Source: Haliea sp. (GTDB lineage: Bacteria > Pseudomonadota > Gammaproteobacteria > Pseudomonadales > Halieaceae). Taken from it: a stretch of 64,000 nucleotides of DNA. How positions within the stretch are numbered: the first letter of the stretch is position 1; each line of letters opens with the position of its first letter. Under the pieces are notes generated by a model that saw only the letters and a list, made by a program, of their open reading frames with translations, searched no databases and was not told where the DNA came from. This document shows positions 28,287 through 39,255 of this stretch, piece after piece. The DNA lies in the NCBI GenBank assembly GCA_002862465.1, contig PKDD01000093.1, positions 4,167-68,166 of the forward strand, read 5' to 3'. Made by a program: the position numbers and the translations under genes.

Positions 28287-30302
28287 CTATGCACCCTGTT
28301 TTTTTGGCCTGAAACGGCGAGTGATGCGAGCAAAGTCCTGCAAATTTTGTGCCGCATTACCAGCGGGTGTTTGCGCACCGCCGTAGGCTAATTGATTGTA
28401 AAGGTGGGTAATCTGCCAAAGTTGGCTCGCATAGTCTGGTAGCACCTTTGCGGCACGCTGCGCAAACACAGATGGCGTCTCCCCTGGCGCACGCACGAGT
28501 CCGATCTTGGCTAGCCGTTTGCACGCAATACGGTAGTGCTTTCCCAAGCGGCTCTCTGGGTGTAGCTCGCGCGTAAAAAACAATGAAATAGCGAAAGGCA
28601 GCATCACTAAAGCTAACCCGCCTAGCAATGTGACCGCAAACGCTTTTGCCGTGGTTTCGCCGAAGACGCGGCGCAACAGATCGAACTGTCGCTCGTTATC
28701 AAAACCCACAACCCACGTCTGCCACTGATACGTCAACGCGTCGTATCTCAACCGCAGGGCATTTAAGGCGGGTATGCGACGGTAGCGCTGCGGAGACAGA
28801 AGCACTGTCGACAAAAAACTTCCCTCAGACTCCACTGCCTCTTCCAGCCCAAACTCAATGCGCTGAGGAGAAACGGCCGCGGTAGGGTCTACTCGCACCC
28901 AACCGCGCGACGCAAGCCATACTTCTGCCCAGGCGTGAGCATCAAACTGATGCACAATTACTGTTTTATTAATCGGGTTAATTTCGCCGCCCTGATATCC
29001 CGCTACCACTCTAGCCGGCACACCCGCAGCTCGCATCATAAAAACAAAAGCCGAGGCGTAATGCTCACAAAATCCTCGCATAGATTCAAACAGGAATTCA
29101 TCGATTGCATCTTGGTCAGAAAGTAAATCCGGGCGTAACGTATAGACATAGGGCTCGCGCCTGAACTTGTCGAGAACCAGTCCGACAAAAGCCTCATCGG
29201 TGCCAGCCTCCGCCCTCAGTTCGACTGATAGCTTTCTTGTTCTAGCATCGCCTGTTCTTGGCAACCGCGTTTCTGTCTTGCGACGCCAATCGGACAGCAC
29301 GTCATCCACCACGACATTCGTCCATGAATTAACTGTATACATAAAGTCTGTTTCTATCGGAAACGGTGAAAACAAAAGAAAGTTGGACGTCTGAATAACC
29401 GCTTGTGTTTCCGAGCGAGCGTATTTCAACCCGAATAGCCACCTCTGCTGTGTGGGCTCCATAATGATGCTATATCTCAGAGGATCTCCGCTGATCGTGA
29501 CTTCTTTCGGTCGACGTTGATTTGGGGGCAGATCATAAAAACCAAGAGCGGACCAAGCCCCCTCTTCGATTCGGCTAAACACTAGCCCGCGCCAGTAGAG
29601 TGCTGATTTGTCTGGAATGTCGCCATCGAATTTTACCCTAAAGGCCACATCCGCTGACTGGCTGAGACTGGCAACATCGCCAGGCTTCATGAAATCGCTC
29701 ATACCTGTTTTTGCGGTATGATTTTTCATCGGCACTGTCCACAGCGGGCCGAAACGAGGAAACAAAAAAAACAATATAATCATTAGCGGCATCGCTTGCA
29801 GCAACATAGCGCTAGCGACACGAATGGTTCCGAATCTAAACTCCTGTTCACCGGTTCTATGGATTGCAACGAGGGCAGTGGTTAGTAGCGTTACCGAGAC
29901 AAGCCCCCACAATGTGACCAAAAAATCCTGACTGAACAAAAACTGAGTGATGCAAATAAAATAACCTAAAAATAGTAAAACATAAGCGTCTTTGCGATAA
30001 GACAACTCGATTAATTTAAGCGCAAACGCGATCAGTAATAGTGCGACCGTCGGCTCTAGACCGACAAATGTACCGTAGGTCGCATAAACACCAAAAAATC
30101 CGCTGAGAACCAAAGTCGCTTTCACCAGCCGAGTTGGACATGACCAGTTCCCCCTATGAACCTGCAGCCTCCAGATAGCCGCGACTGCATAAAGGGCAAG
30201 AATCCATATTGGGAGGCGAGCCGCATGCGGCGCCACCAAGACAAACAAGCAGATGATAATCCAGACAAAGGCATTCCGCGGCACCTGCTGTAACATACTC
30301 AC
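28287..30302 (-). CDS. tgpA: TgpA-family transglutaminase (DUF3488 + TGase + DUF4129)
   Basis: Multi-TM N-terminus, GFCEHYASA, AHAWAEV, WVRVDPT catalytic triad. Confidence 0.88.
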   Translation of the reverse strand: MSMLQQVPRNAFVWIIICLFVLVAPHAARLPIWILALYAVAAIWRLQVHRGNWSCPTRLVKATLVLSGFFGVYATYGTFVGLEPTVALLLIAFALKLIELSYRKDAYVLLFLGYFICITQFLFSQDFLVTLWGLVSVTLLTTALVAIHRTGEQEFRFGTIRVASAMLLQAMPLMIILFFLFPRFGPLWTVPMKNHTAKTGMSDFMKPGDVASLSQSADVAFRVKFDGDIPDKSALYWRGLVFSRIEEGAWSALGFYDLPPNQRRPKEVTISGDPLRYSIIMEPTQQRWLFGLKYARSETQAVIQTSNFLLFSPFPIETDFMYTVNSWTNVVVDDVLSDWRRKTETRLPRTGDARTRKLSVELRAEAGTDEAFVGLVLDKFRREPYVYTLRPDLLSDQDAIDEFLFESMRGFCEHYASAFVFMMRAAGVPARVVAGYQGGEINPINKTVIVHQFDAHAWAEVWLASRGWVRVDPTAAVSPQRIEFGLEEAVESEGSFLSTVLLSPQRYRRIPALNALRLRYDALTYQWQTWVVGFDNERQFDLLRRVFGETTAKAFAVTLLGGLALVMLPFAISLFFTRELHPESRLGKHYRIACKRLAKIGLVRAPGETPSVFAQRAAKVLPDYASQLWQITHLYNQLAYGGAQTPAGNAAQNLQDFARITRRFRPKKQGA

Positions 30303-31306
30303 TGGCTTCGCCGCTCCTCGCCATAAAGTGCAAGTTCTTTAAGAAGCCTATCACGGTGTTTCTCTCCAAGAGCAGGTTCTATGGAACCCGTTGGCAAGCG
30401 CAACCCATACTCGTGTCCATGACGATCAAACTCCAACAGCCAATAGCAGAGATGGGATAAACGCTGCTCTGTGTCCAGTCCAGCAAACATGTCCCAGTCC
30501 AACCAGACACTGCGGTCCGCGTAAGCAGTGTACTGTTTAGTCAACGGGCCCTGCCGTTTAGCCATTCCCTTCCAGTGCACCTGACGCAATGAGTCACCCT
30601 TGCGATAGCTCCTGAAACCGTAGAAATCATCATTACCGTCAACGACCACTGCAGCACCCTCAGGCGTATTTGTCGTCAAGCCAGGCAAGTCCGTCGATGC
30701 TCTTGCCCGTGGATAGACTAAAGCGTACAAATCTAGGTCGATTAATGTCCAGCAACGCAATAGGCCCAATGGGTAAGTCGACTCCAGCAGCAAGCGCCCT
30801 GGGTTGAACCAACCACGCGAATCCACAGCCATATGAATTTGCACAATAACGCTGTCTTCATCGAGCAGATTTATCAGCGTCCCGCTACTGTTTGGCCATT
30901 TCAGATGGAGAGAAAAATAATCACGGCGTTTGCTTCGTTTTATCATTAAATGAAATTTGGACTGCTGCCCAGAAAAAGCAGGTTCGGCACGCAGGGCGCG
31001 GATTGTCAGTCCAGCTAAGTTGGCATACGTATGCAGAATTGCGACAATGAAAAGCGTCGCAAGCCAAAACGTCAATGCGTAACTCAAATTGTTTTCGAAA
31101 TTGATTGCAGCGAGTAGCATTACGAGCAGACAAGTAGCAAAGAAAAAGCCGACCCGTGTTGGGAATATAAAAATACGACGCTGATCTAGGGTAACTTCGC
31201 GCGCGGGCGGAATTCGTCGCTTAATCCATCCGCGAAATCTAATGTTAATTTGCGCCTTAATACCCTTGCTATGCCGCTTCGTATCTAATGCGTGATTCTT
31301 CACCAA
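30299..31306 (-). CDS. DUF58-domain protein
   Basis: QRRIFIFPT, YPLGLLRCW, DFYGFRSYRKGDSLRQVHWK; middle gene of the MoxR triad. Confidence 0.88.
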   Translation of the reverse strand: MVKNHALDTKRHSKGIKAQINIRFRGWIKRRIPPAREVTLDQRRIFIFPTRVGFFFATCLLVMLLAAINFENNLSYALTFWLATLFIVAILHTYANLAGLTIRALRAEPAFSGQQSKFHLMIKRSKRRDYFSLHLKWPNSSGTLINLLDEDSVIVQIHMAVDSRGWFNPGRLLLESTYPLGLLRCWTLIDLDLYALVYPRARASTDLPGLTTNTPEGAAVVVDGNDDFYGFRSYRKGDSLRQVHWKGMAKRQGPLTKQYTAYADRSVWLDWDMFAGLDTEQRLSHLCYWLLEFDRHGHEYGLRLPTGSIEPALGEKHRDRLLKELALYGEERRSQ

Positions 31307-31314
31307 GTCTTGCT

Positions 31315-32244
31315 TCAGGGTCCAACGACATCTACATTGCGCTGCAACAGATCTACGAGCGCGTGACCATCGCCGGCATAATCACCACTAGGTATAAGGC
31401 GATGTCCAGCCACAGCAGGCAACACCAGTTGCACATCCTCTGGCACCACATGTCCACGGTTGTGCATTGCTGCCCATGTCTTGGCACAATCCAGTAATGC
31501 CAGTGCTCCGCGCGGCGAGATGCCGACCTCAAACTCAGCTGACTGGCGGGTGTAAGCCACCAGCCGCTGCAAATAATCTAACAAGTTCTCGGAGGCATGT
31601 ACCTGACTTACTGCTACCCGAATCATTTCTAATTGATCATAGTCTATGCACTGGCGTGGATACTGGATCTCTAAAGCTGCACTGTAACGACGCTCAAGCA
31701 TTTCTCGCTCTGCGTGCGGCGGCGGATAACCCAACTCCAGTCGCATCAAAAAACGATCCAACTGCGACTCAGGAAGAGGATACGTTCCAGACTGATGAAT
31801 TGGGTTTTGCGTGGCAATAACGAAAAAAGGTTGCGGCAGAGAACGCGTCTCGCCCTCAACGCTGACCTGCCCTTCCGCCATTGCTTCAAGCAAGGCGCTC
31901 TGGGTACGCGGGGTAGTCCTGTTAATTTCATCTGCTAACAACAACTGCGTAAAAATCGGTCCAGGATGAAAATTAAAACTGCCATCAGCGGCATCGAAGA
32001 CCGATACGCCCAAAATGTCCGCTGGCAGGAGGTCACTCGTAAACTGCACCCGCTTCCAAGATAACCCGAGTACAGCTGCCAATGCATGAGACAACGTTGT
32101 TTTGCCCATGCCGGGTAAATCTTCAATCAGTAAGTGGCCTCGGGCAAATAGGCAACATAAAGCCAGCCTGATTTGAGGCTCCTTGCCTAAAAGGGTTCGC
32201 CCTATTTCTTCCACTGCGGAATCAATGATCACCTGTATATGCAT
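31315..32244 (-). CDS. MoxR-family AAA+ ATPase
   Basis: EDLPGMGKT, QFTSDLLPAD, ADEINR, ATQNP, YPLPESQLDRF. Confidence 0.93.
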   Translation of the reverse strand: MHIQVIIDSAVEEIGRTLLGKEPQIRLALCCLFARGHLLIEDLPGMGKTTLSHALAAVLGLSWKRVQFTSDLLPADILGVSVFDAADGSFNFHPGPIFTQLLLADEINRTTPRTQSALLEAMAEGQVSVEGETRSLPQPFFVIATQNPIHQSGTYPLPESQLDRFLMRLELGYPPPHAEREMLERRYSAALEIQYPRQCIDYDQLEMIRVAVSQVHASENLLDYLQRLVAYTRQSAEFEVGISPRGALALLDCAKTWAAMHNRGHVVPEDVQLVLPAVAGHRLIPSGDYAGDGHALVDLLQRNVDVVGP

Positions 32245-32270
32245 TGGTAAGCCCCGAAAAAGCGCTATTT

Positions 32271-33476
32271 TTAGCGAATGCCAGTAAAACCTCGCTGCAA
32301 ATCCGCTATTAAATCTTCTACGTGCTCTAGACCTACTGCCATGCGTATGAGTCCTTCGTCAATCCCAGCTTCTTTTCTTTGCTGTGAACTCAGCCGTGCG
32401 TGAGTAGTTGTCGCTGGATGCACAATCGTCGTTTTAGCATCACCCAGATTGGCCGTAAGCGACATCAAACGAGTTGCGTCAGTGAATTGCCAAGCCTGCT
32501 CACGACCACCTTTGACAAGAAATGAAAGCACCCCGCCGTATGCCGACTGCTGACGTTCTGCCAGGGCATGCCCCGGATGATCCTTGAGCCCAGCATAGTA
32601 AACTCTTTCCACCGTAGGCTGCTGCTGAAGCCATTCGGCGATCACTAACGCTGATCGACTATGCGCCTCCATGCGCAAGCGCAATGTTTCTAAACCCTTA
32701 AGAAAAATCCAGGCATTGAACGGACTCATGGTCGGACCAGCAGTCCGCAAGAATGTCAGCACCTCATCCATATGCTGCTGATGACCGACGACTGCCCCAC
32801 CCACACAGCGCCCTTGGCCATCTAAGTATTTAGTCGCCGAATGCACGACGATATCGGCGCCCAGCGCCAAAGGTTGCTGTAACGCGGGAGTACAAAAACA
32901 ATTATCCACCACTAACAGCGCAGCGTTTAAATGCGCGAGTTTGGACAACTCAGCCAAATCAGCGATCTCACATAGCGGATTTGACGGTGTCTCCAAAAAG
33001 AACATCACCGTATTCGGCTGCACTGCATCGCGCCAACCTTCAATATCTAGCAATGGCACAAAAGTGACCTCTATGCCAAATTTAGTGAGGTAGTTACTGA
33101 ACAGACTGATCGTCGTGCCAAACACATCGCGAGAGCACACCACATGATCACCCGATTTAAAAAGGGCCATACATACACTTAGTATGGAGGCCATCCCTGA
33201 GGCCGTCGCCACCGCCGCCTCGGCGCCCTCCAATGCCGCAAGTCTTTTCTCAAAAGTTCGCACTGTCGGGTTAGTATAGCGCGAGTAGACATTGCCCGAC
33301 GCCGCACCAGAAAAACGTTCCGCAGCATCCTCTGAATTGGAGAACACATAACTTGAGGTAACAAATATAGGCTCCGAATGCTCTCCTTCATGCGTTCGGC
33401 TGATACCGCTGCGAACACCCTGCGTTTCAAATTGTGCGTCGGCAAGTGGATTAAAATCTTCGTCATCAATCATCAA
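32271..33476 (-). CDS. metZ: O-succinylhomoserine sulfhydrylase
   Basis: YSRYTNPT, SGMAS, ETPSNP, HSATKYLDGQGR; downstream of purF. Confidence 0.9.
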   Translation of the reverse strand: MMIDDEDFNPLADAQFETQGVRSGISRTHEGEHSEPIFVTSSYVFSNSEDAAERFSGAASGNVYSRYTNPTVRTFEKRLAALEGAEAAVATASGMASILSVCMALFKSGDHVVCSRDVFGTTISLFSNYLTKFGIEVTFVPLLDIEGWRDAVQPNTVMFFLETPSNPLCEIADLAELSKLAHLNAALLVVDNCFCTPALQQPLALGADIVVHSATKYLDGQGRCVGGAVVGHQQHMDEVLTFLRTAGPTMSPFNAWIFLKGLETLRLRMEAHSRSALVIAEWLQQQPTVERVYYAGLKDHPGHALAERQQSAYGGVLSFLVKGGREQAWQFTDATRLMSLTANLGDAKTTIVHPATTTHARLSSQQRKEAGIDEGLIRMAVGLEHVEDLIADLQRGFTGIR

Positions 33477-33482
33477 TTTGAC

Positions 33483-35003
33483 CTATACATCGTTATGCAG
33501 ACCGACCATACCGCCCTCTGCCTGTAATTCCACCCGCCGCTCGTTTTGTGCATCATCGTTACGCAGAAATTCTTGCCTATCGAGATAACTTTGATCAATA
33601 TCGCCTGTAATATATTCACCGTTGAATACGGAACAGTCAAAGCCATCCACGTGTGGATTGCCATCATGGGAACAACGAATTAAATCATTGAGATCTTGAT
33701 ATACCAGCCAGTCTGCGCCGATTAACGCACAGACTTCCTCAACACTGCGGTTGTGCGCTATCAACTCTGATGCCGAAGGCATGTCTATGCCATACACATT
33801 TGGATAGCGCACCGGTGGGGCAGCAGACGCAAAGTAAACGTTCGCGGCACCAGCATCTCTAGCCATCTCTATTATCTGGCGGCAGGTAGTGCCACGCACA
33901 ATAGAGTCATCAACTAGCATTACATTTTTTCCTGAAAACTCCAGCGGCACGGGGTTGAGTTTTTGTCGTACGGATTTCTTACGCTCACTCTGACCCGGCA
34001 TAATAAAGGTGCGTCCAATGTAGCGGTTTTTCATTAGACCCTCGCGGAACTTTATATTTAGCTCATAGGCCATGGATTGCGCAGCAATGCGACTGGTATC
34101 AGGAATCGGAATAACGACGTCGATATGGAGGTCGGGGCGCAATCGCTTTACTTTTTTAGCAAGCGCTTCGCCCTGCCGCATGCGCGTTTTATAAACCGAA
34201 ATGCCGTCCATAAGTGAGTCAGGGCGCGCAAAGTAAACATGCTCGAAAATGCAGGGTCGCAAGCTGGCGTTAGGTGCACATTGACGGCGATGCAACTTTC
34301 CTTCTCCATCTATAAATACAGCTTCACCCGGGCCGACATCGTCCAAAAAAGTAAAGCCCACTACATCGAGAGCAACGCTCTCGGAGGCGATCATATATTC
34401 TTCACCCGCATGCGTTTTACGAGCGCCGATCACCAAGGGTCGAACACCAAAAGGGTCGCGAAAACCAAATATTCCATAGTTCACCAATAATCCTACCGCA
34501 GCATAACCTCCACGGCAGCGCCTGTGTACTGATGCCACTGCGGTAAAAATATCGTCCGCACCAGGACTCAGCTTGCCTAAGGTCTGCAACTCATGCGCAA
34601 AAATATTAAGCAATACTTCTGAGTCAGAATCAGTATTAAGGTGTCGCAGATCATCCTGAAATAGCTCTTGGGCCAGTTGTTCGGAATTGGTTAAGTTTCC
34701 ATTGTGAGCAAGGGCAATGCCATAAGGCGAATTGACATAAAAAGGCTGCGCAAGGGCAGTGCCGGAGCTACCAGCCGTTGGATAACGTACATGGCCAATA
34801 CCCATTTGGCCTCCGAGTCGCTGCATGTGCTGTTGTCGAAAAACATCCCGCACCAACCCCTCGCCCTTACGCTGGCTGAACTTACCGCCAACACAAGTCA
34901 CAATACCCGCAGCATCTTGCCCACGGTGCTGCAGGACCGTCAGGGCATCATAGATCTCCGGGGCGACATCGGACTTCGCAACTAAACCTACTAGGCCACA
35001 CAT
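33483..35003 (-). CDS. purF: Amidophosphoribosyltransferase
   Basis: MCG N-terminal nucleophile, QHRGQD, HVRYPT, HNGN, VDDSIVRGTT. Confidence 0.97.
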   Translation of the reverse strand: MCGLVGLVAKSDVAPEIYDALTVLQHRGQDAAGIVTCVGGKFSQRKGEGLVRDVFRQQHMQRLGGQMGIGHVRYPTAGSSGTALAQPFYVNSPYGIALAHNGNLTNSEQLAQELFQDDLRHLNTDSDSEVLLNIFAHELQTLGKLSPGADDIFTAVASVHRRCRGGYAAVGLLVNYGIFGFRDPFGVRPLVIGARKTHAGEEYMIASESVALDVVGFTFLDDVGPGEAVFIDGEGKLHRRQCAPNASLRPCIFEHVYFARPDSLMDGISVYKTRMRQGEALAKKVKRLRPDLHIDVVIPIPDTSRIAAQSMAYELNIKFREGLMKNRYIGRTFIMPGQSERKKSVRQKLNPVPLEFSGKNVMLVDDSIVRGTTCRQIIEMARDAGAANVYFASAAPPVRYPNVYGIDMPSASELIAHNRSVEEVCALIGADWLVYQDLNDLIRCSHDGNPHVDGFDCSVFNGEYITGDIDQSYLDRQEFLRNDDAQNERRVELQAEGGMVGLHNDV

Positions 35004-35062
35004 TCAGCAACCACCTCACTTGAAAAAATTCAGCTCGAAGCCTTCAGGGCTTATTCGCTGCT

Positions 35063-35548
35063 TTATCTAGAAAATAAACCTTGGACCCATACCCCTAGCA
35101 TATCAACATGCGGCATCAACTGGGATTCATCTAACCACAGTATATTCTGCGGTGGTGCCAGCGCCCTGATAATATAAACCGCTACGAGCACAATAATGAT
35201 ACCGCGAGCAAAACCAAAGACGGTACCCAGTATGCGGTCTAGAAGCGTGAGACCAGTTACTTTTACAATCTGAGCGCTCAACTTACCTATTACTCCTGCT
35301 ACCATCAGCATGCCCGCAAAAAGCAGTGCATAAGCGGCGACATAGCGACCCGTGACATTGGCAATCCATTGTTCCAAAAGTGTCGCTACTTCCCCAACAT
35401 ACATATTGGCAATCACAAATGCTGCGATCCAACCTGCCAATGACACGGCCTCGCGCACAAAGCCTCGCCACAAGCTCAACAAAATCGACAGGCCTAGCAC
35501 AACGACAATCGTCCAGTCGACCGCAGTGAGGTTAGTCCAATCCACCAC
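35063..35548 (-). CDS. cvpA: CvpA-family membrane protein
   Basis: SLWRGFVREAVSL, DRILGTVFGFARG; upstream of purF. Confidence 0.92.
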   Translation of the reverse strand: MVDWTNLTAVDWTIVVVLGLSILLSLWRGFVREAVSLAGWIAAFVIANMYVGEVATLLEQWIANVTGRYVAAYALLFAGMLMVAGVIGKLSAQIVKVTGLTLLDRILGTVFGFARGIIIVLVAVYIIRALAPPQNILWLDESQLMPHVDMLGVWVQGLFSR

Positions 35549-35574
35549 CGTGAATTACCCTGCTGCCATAACGG

Positions 35575-36123
35575 TCAAGGAATATACCGCGCTACAATCG
35601 AACTCACTTCAAACTGGGCATTGATGCTTGCCTGAAGTGTGTCCAATTCAGCCCGCTCAAACTTTGGACCGATAGAAACTCTATACAATTTCTTTCCATT
35701 GGAGCGTACTGTGACGATATAAGCCTGGTGTTTCATATCCAGCAAACGCTTACGTAATTCCTCTGCTTTATCGGCACTACTAACAGTGATGACCTGAAGA
35801 GTCCACGCCAAAGGCATGCCATCGCTGTCCATGGTCAACGTCTCGCGCGCGCTGGGTTCAGGCTCATAATCAGACGGCACCCTCCCGGGTGTCACCTCTA
35901 ATGCAGAACCGGAAGCAACAACAACATTGTCGCTAGCTGCAAGGCTAGGCTGCACTGCCACGTCTTCTACTGCGACGACGGTCGCAATGGACTGCGCCTG
36001 CGCAGGCTGACGATGCAGCGCGGTTTCATTGTCAGGCTGCAAAAAAACAATGGGCCAAAAAATAACGCCCAGTGCTACCAGAATAAGCGCACCAACCAGA
36101 CGTTGTTTAAGGATGTCACTCAC
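35575..36123 (-). CDS. dedD: SPOR-domain cell-division protein
   Basis: KQRLVGALIL N-terminal TM, C-terminal SPOR (WTLQV...YRVSIGP). Confidence 0.85.
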   Translation of the reverse strand: MSDILKQRLVGALILVALGVIFWPIVFLQPDNETALHRQPAQAQSIATVVAVEDVAVQPSLAASDNVVVASGSALEVTPGRVPSDYEPEPSARETLTMDSDGMPLAWTLQVITVSSADKAEELRKRLLDMKHQAYIVTVRSNGKKLYRVSIGPKFERAELDTLQASINAQFEVSSIVARYIP

Positions 36124-37416
36124 TTACAGCGCCTCATACTTACTATGATCCTTGTCTAGAAGCGGCAAAATTGTAGCCACTGTGGAAAACGAACCGAAGA
36201 CAACTACCCTATCACCCTCTTGAACGACACTTTGGGCTCGCCGGAAAGCCTGCCGCAAATTCTTACTGATACTCACCATAGCTTCCCCTCGCTCCTCAAG
36301 CAAAGCGGCGATCTCAGCCGCACCAGCGGCCCGCGTGTTGCGCGGCTGGTCACCCAGAAACCAAGCATCGAAGTGTCCAGCCGTCGCGTCTATCATACCC
36401 GGTATGTCTTTATCTGACATAGCCGAAAAAATACATATTTTCCTTCCTTTACATGAATTTACATCCAAAAACTCAAGTAACTTAGATATAGAAGCCGGGT
36501 TGTGAGCCACATCCAGTACGTAGTCTCGCCCCGCCACTTGCCGTAGCTCGCGACGGCCTACGACAGCCACCTTAGCCAAAGCCGCGGCAACACAGCGATC
36601 GTCAAACTCGATGCCCAGCAATAACGACGCCTGCACCGCTGCACCAATGTTCTCAGGCAGCAAAGACCCATTGGTAGGTGCTGACAACGTCCTCACACCA
36701 CCCCCCGATGTCTGCAATCGGGCTTGCCATTGTTCACCGACAACGGCTACCGAAAAGTCGCGGCCCAAATACAGCGCTGGGCTGGCTGCAACCTCCAAAA
36801 CACGTGCTAATAATTCAGGCGCAGGCGCAGGGTCTGCAATGACGACTGGGCAACCCCTGCGCAGTATACCAGCCTTCTCAAGCGAAATTTCGCCTCGGGA
36901 GTTCCCTAACCACTCCTGATGATCTAAATCGATACTCGTAATAATGGCCACTGAAGCGTCAACGATATTCACCGCATCCAGCCGACCACCCAGACCTACT
37001 TCTAAAATAACAACATCCAGTTCTCTAGCCTCAAAAATCAGCAATGCCGCCAATGCGGCAAACTCGAAATACGTTAAGGACAGTGCCCCTCTCGCTTGGT
37101 CGATAACGGCAAAAGCGCGGACAATCTCGTCGTCGGAAGCATCGACGCCGGATATTCGAACCCTCTCATTGAAGCGCAGCAAGTGGGGCGACGTAAATGC
37201 ACCCGTGCGGTATCCAGCTTCACTGATCAGCGCCTCCAATACAGCTACTGTAGAGCCTTTACCATTGGTACCGGCAACTGTAACGACGGGTTTTTTTACT
37301 GGCAAAAGTTGTAGCGTATTGGCGACGGTCAACACTCGATCCAAACCAAGATCTACCGCCTTCGGGTGCACTGTCTCTAGGCGGCGCAGCCACTGTGTCA
37401 GAGAGACTTTATTCAT
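36124..37416 (-). CDS. folC: Folylpolyglutamate synthase/dihydrofolate synthase
   Basis: [38 protein letters not shown]; ATG 37416. Confidence 0.95.
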   Translation of the reverse strand: MNKVSLTQWLRRLETVHPKAVDLGLDRVLTVANTLQLLPVKKPVVTVAGTNGKGSTVAVLEALISEAGYRTGAFTSPHLLRFNERVRISGVDASDDEIVRAFAVIDQARGALSLTYFEFAALAALLIFEARELDVVILEVGLGGRLDAVNIVDASVAIITSIDLDHQEWLGNSRGEISLEKAGILRRGCPVVIADPAPAPELLARVLEVAASPALYLGRDFSVAVVGEQWQARLQTSGGGVRTLSAPTNGSLLPENIGAAVQASLLLGIEFDDRCVAAALAKVAVVGRRELRQVAGRDYVLDVAHNPASISKLLEFLDVNSCKGRKICIFSAMSDKDIPGMIDATAGHFDAWFLGDQPRNTRAAGAAEIAALLEERGEAMVSISKNLRQAFRRAQSVVQEGDRVVVFGSFSTVATILPLLDKDHSKYEAL

Positions 37417-38353
37417 CCTCCTCCGGCGCGACAATCTCAGCCGCTTCTTCATTATCGGGAGGCTCATCTGATGGCTCAGTCACCACAATAGAGAGCGACT
37501 GTCCTGTCAACTTGGATAACAATCTTGCTATGGTGTTACGCATATCGGTGCGGTGCACTATCATATCGATAGCACCATGCTCGAGCAGGAACTCACTGCG
37601 CTGAAACCCTTTTGGGAGTTTTTGTCGAATAGTCTGTTCGATAATATTGGGCCCTGCAAACCCAGCGCGGGCATCGGGCTCGGCAATATTGATGTCGCCC
37701 AGCAACGCTAACGATGCGGAAACTCCACCATAGATCGGATCCGTCATCACAGAAATATAAGGTACGCCAGCTAGTTTCATCCGCTCAATAACAGCACTTG
37801 TCTTAGCCATTTGCATTAGAGAAATCAGAGCTTCTTGCATCCGTGCACCGCCCGAAGCCGAAAAACAGACAAAAGGAATATTCTCTTGCAATGACATGTG
37901 GGCAGCACGGGTAAATTTCTCACCCACTGCATATCCCATTGAACCGCCGTGAAACTCAAATTCAAAGGCAACGGCAATCGCAGATAAGCCCTGCAAAGTA
38001 CCGCGCATCGCCACCAATGCATCCTTTTCGCCCGTCGCTTTTTGCGCCGACATCAGGCGATCTTTGTAGCGCTTTTTGTCTCTAAACTTAAGCCGATCCT
38101 CGGATACAATATCCGACAGAATCTCCTCATTGGTGCCGGGATCAAAAAATCGATTCAAGCGTCTGCGCGCTCCAATACGCATGTGATGGCCGCACTTGGG
38201 GCAAACATCTTGGTTTCGCTCAACATCGGGGAGGTATAACACTGCGTCACATTTGACACATTTTTTCCACAGTCCTTCGGGCACAGTGCTGGACGCCCTA
38301 TCACCAACAGAGCTGCGCACACCTGAGGGCAGAATTTTATCTATCCAACTCAT
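37409..38353 (-). CDS. accD: Acetyl-CoA carboxylase carboxyltransferase beta
   Basis: MSWIDK, C4 zinc finger, [25 protein letters not shown]. Confidence 0.96.
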   Translation of the reverse strand: MSWIDKILPSGVRSSVGDRASSTVPEGLWKKCVKCDAVLYLPDVERNQDVCPKCGHHMRIGARRRLNRFFDPGTNEEILSDIVSEDRLKFRDKKRYKDRLMSAQKATGEKDALVAMRGTLQGLSAIAVAFEFEFHGGSMGYAVGEKFTRAAHMSLQENIPFVCFSASGGARMQEALISLMQMAKTSAVIERMKLAGVPYISVMTDPIYGGVSASLALLGDINIAEPDARAGFAGPNIIEQTIRQKLPKGFQRSEFLLEHGAIDMIVHRTDMRNTIARLLSKLTGQSLSIVVTEPSDEPPDNEEAAEIVAPEEDE

Positions 38354-38409
38354 TGTGTTTCCCGCCATAGTAGTAGAGAAACGGCTATTATAAACCCGGA
38401 GGCGCTCAA

Positions 38410-39231
38410 CTAGGAAGCCGTGCTGTCAATCCCCTTGCGTATTTCGTCCAACAGCCCCGCAACAGCATCTATCGCCTGCCCCGAACTGCCTCCTCTGGAA
38501 ACAGTCTGAGCCATGACGTCCACTAATGCACTACCGACCACCACACCATCCGCAACCGCCGCCACTGTCTTCGCAGAATCAGCATCCTTAATACCAAACC
38601 CTACCGCTAATGGCAGTGTGCTGTGACTGCGAATCGCCGCGAGCCTCTGCGCGACCTCATTCACGTCTAGATGCCCTGCGCCAGTAACACCTTTTAATGA
38701 CACATAGTAGATGAATCCGCTGGCTCCGGCGGCAATACGCACAATCCGTTCTTCGGGCGTGGTGGGTGCCACTAAAAATATATTATCCATACCAACACGC
38801 TGAAGTTCAGCGTTGATTTCCTCCACTTCCTCGGGAGGAATGTCCACTGTCAACAATGCGTCGAGGCCCGCCGCCGATGCGGCATCAGCAAACGCCGCAT
38901 AGCCCATATGCATCACTGGGTTAGCATAACCCATCAGCAACAGCGGCGTAGTATCATCAAATTTGCGAAACTCTTTTACCAACGCCAACACCTGGCTTAG
39001 ACACATGCCATTTTCAAGGGCACGCTCATGACCCTGCTGAATCACCGGGCCCTCGGACATAGGATCAGAAAACGGCACACCAAGCTCGATAATATCCGCG
39101 CCACTTTTCACCATTCTATGCATGAGCGGCACTGTAACATCGCAACTAGGATCACCCGCAACAATGTAGGGAATCAGAGCGGTTCGGCCCTGCTCTGCCA
39201 ACTGCTGAAAACGCCCCGCGATGCGACTCAC
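38410..39231 (-). CDS. trpA: Tryptophan synthase alpha
   Basis: [40 protein letters not shown]. Confidence 0.96.
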   Translation of the reverse strand: MSRIAGRFQQLAEQGRTALIPYIVAGDPSCDVTVPLMHRMVKSGADIIELGVPFSDPMSEGPVIQQGHERALENGMCLSQVLALVKEFRKFDDTTPLLLMGYANPVMHMGYAAFADAASAAGLDALLTVDIPPEEVEEINAELQRVGMDNIFLVAPTTPEERIVRIAAGASGFIYYVSLKGVTGAGHLDVNEVAQRLAAIRSHSTLPLAVGFGIKDADSAKTVAAVADGVVVGSALVDVMAQTVSRGGSSGQAIDAVAGLLDEIRKGIDSTAS

Positions 39232-39255
39232 GACGTTTTCCCCCAAAAGGGCCGG

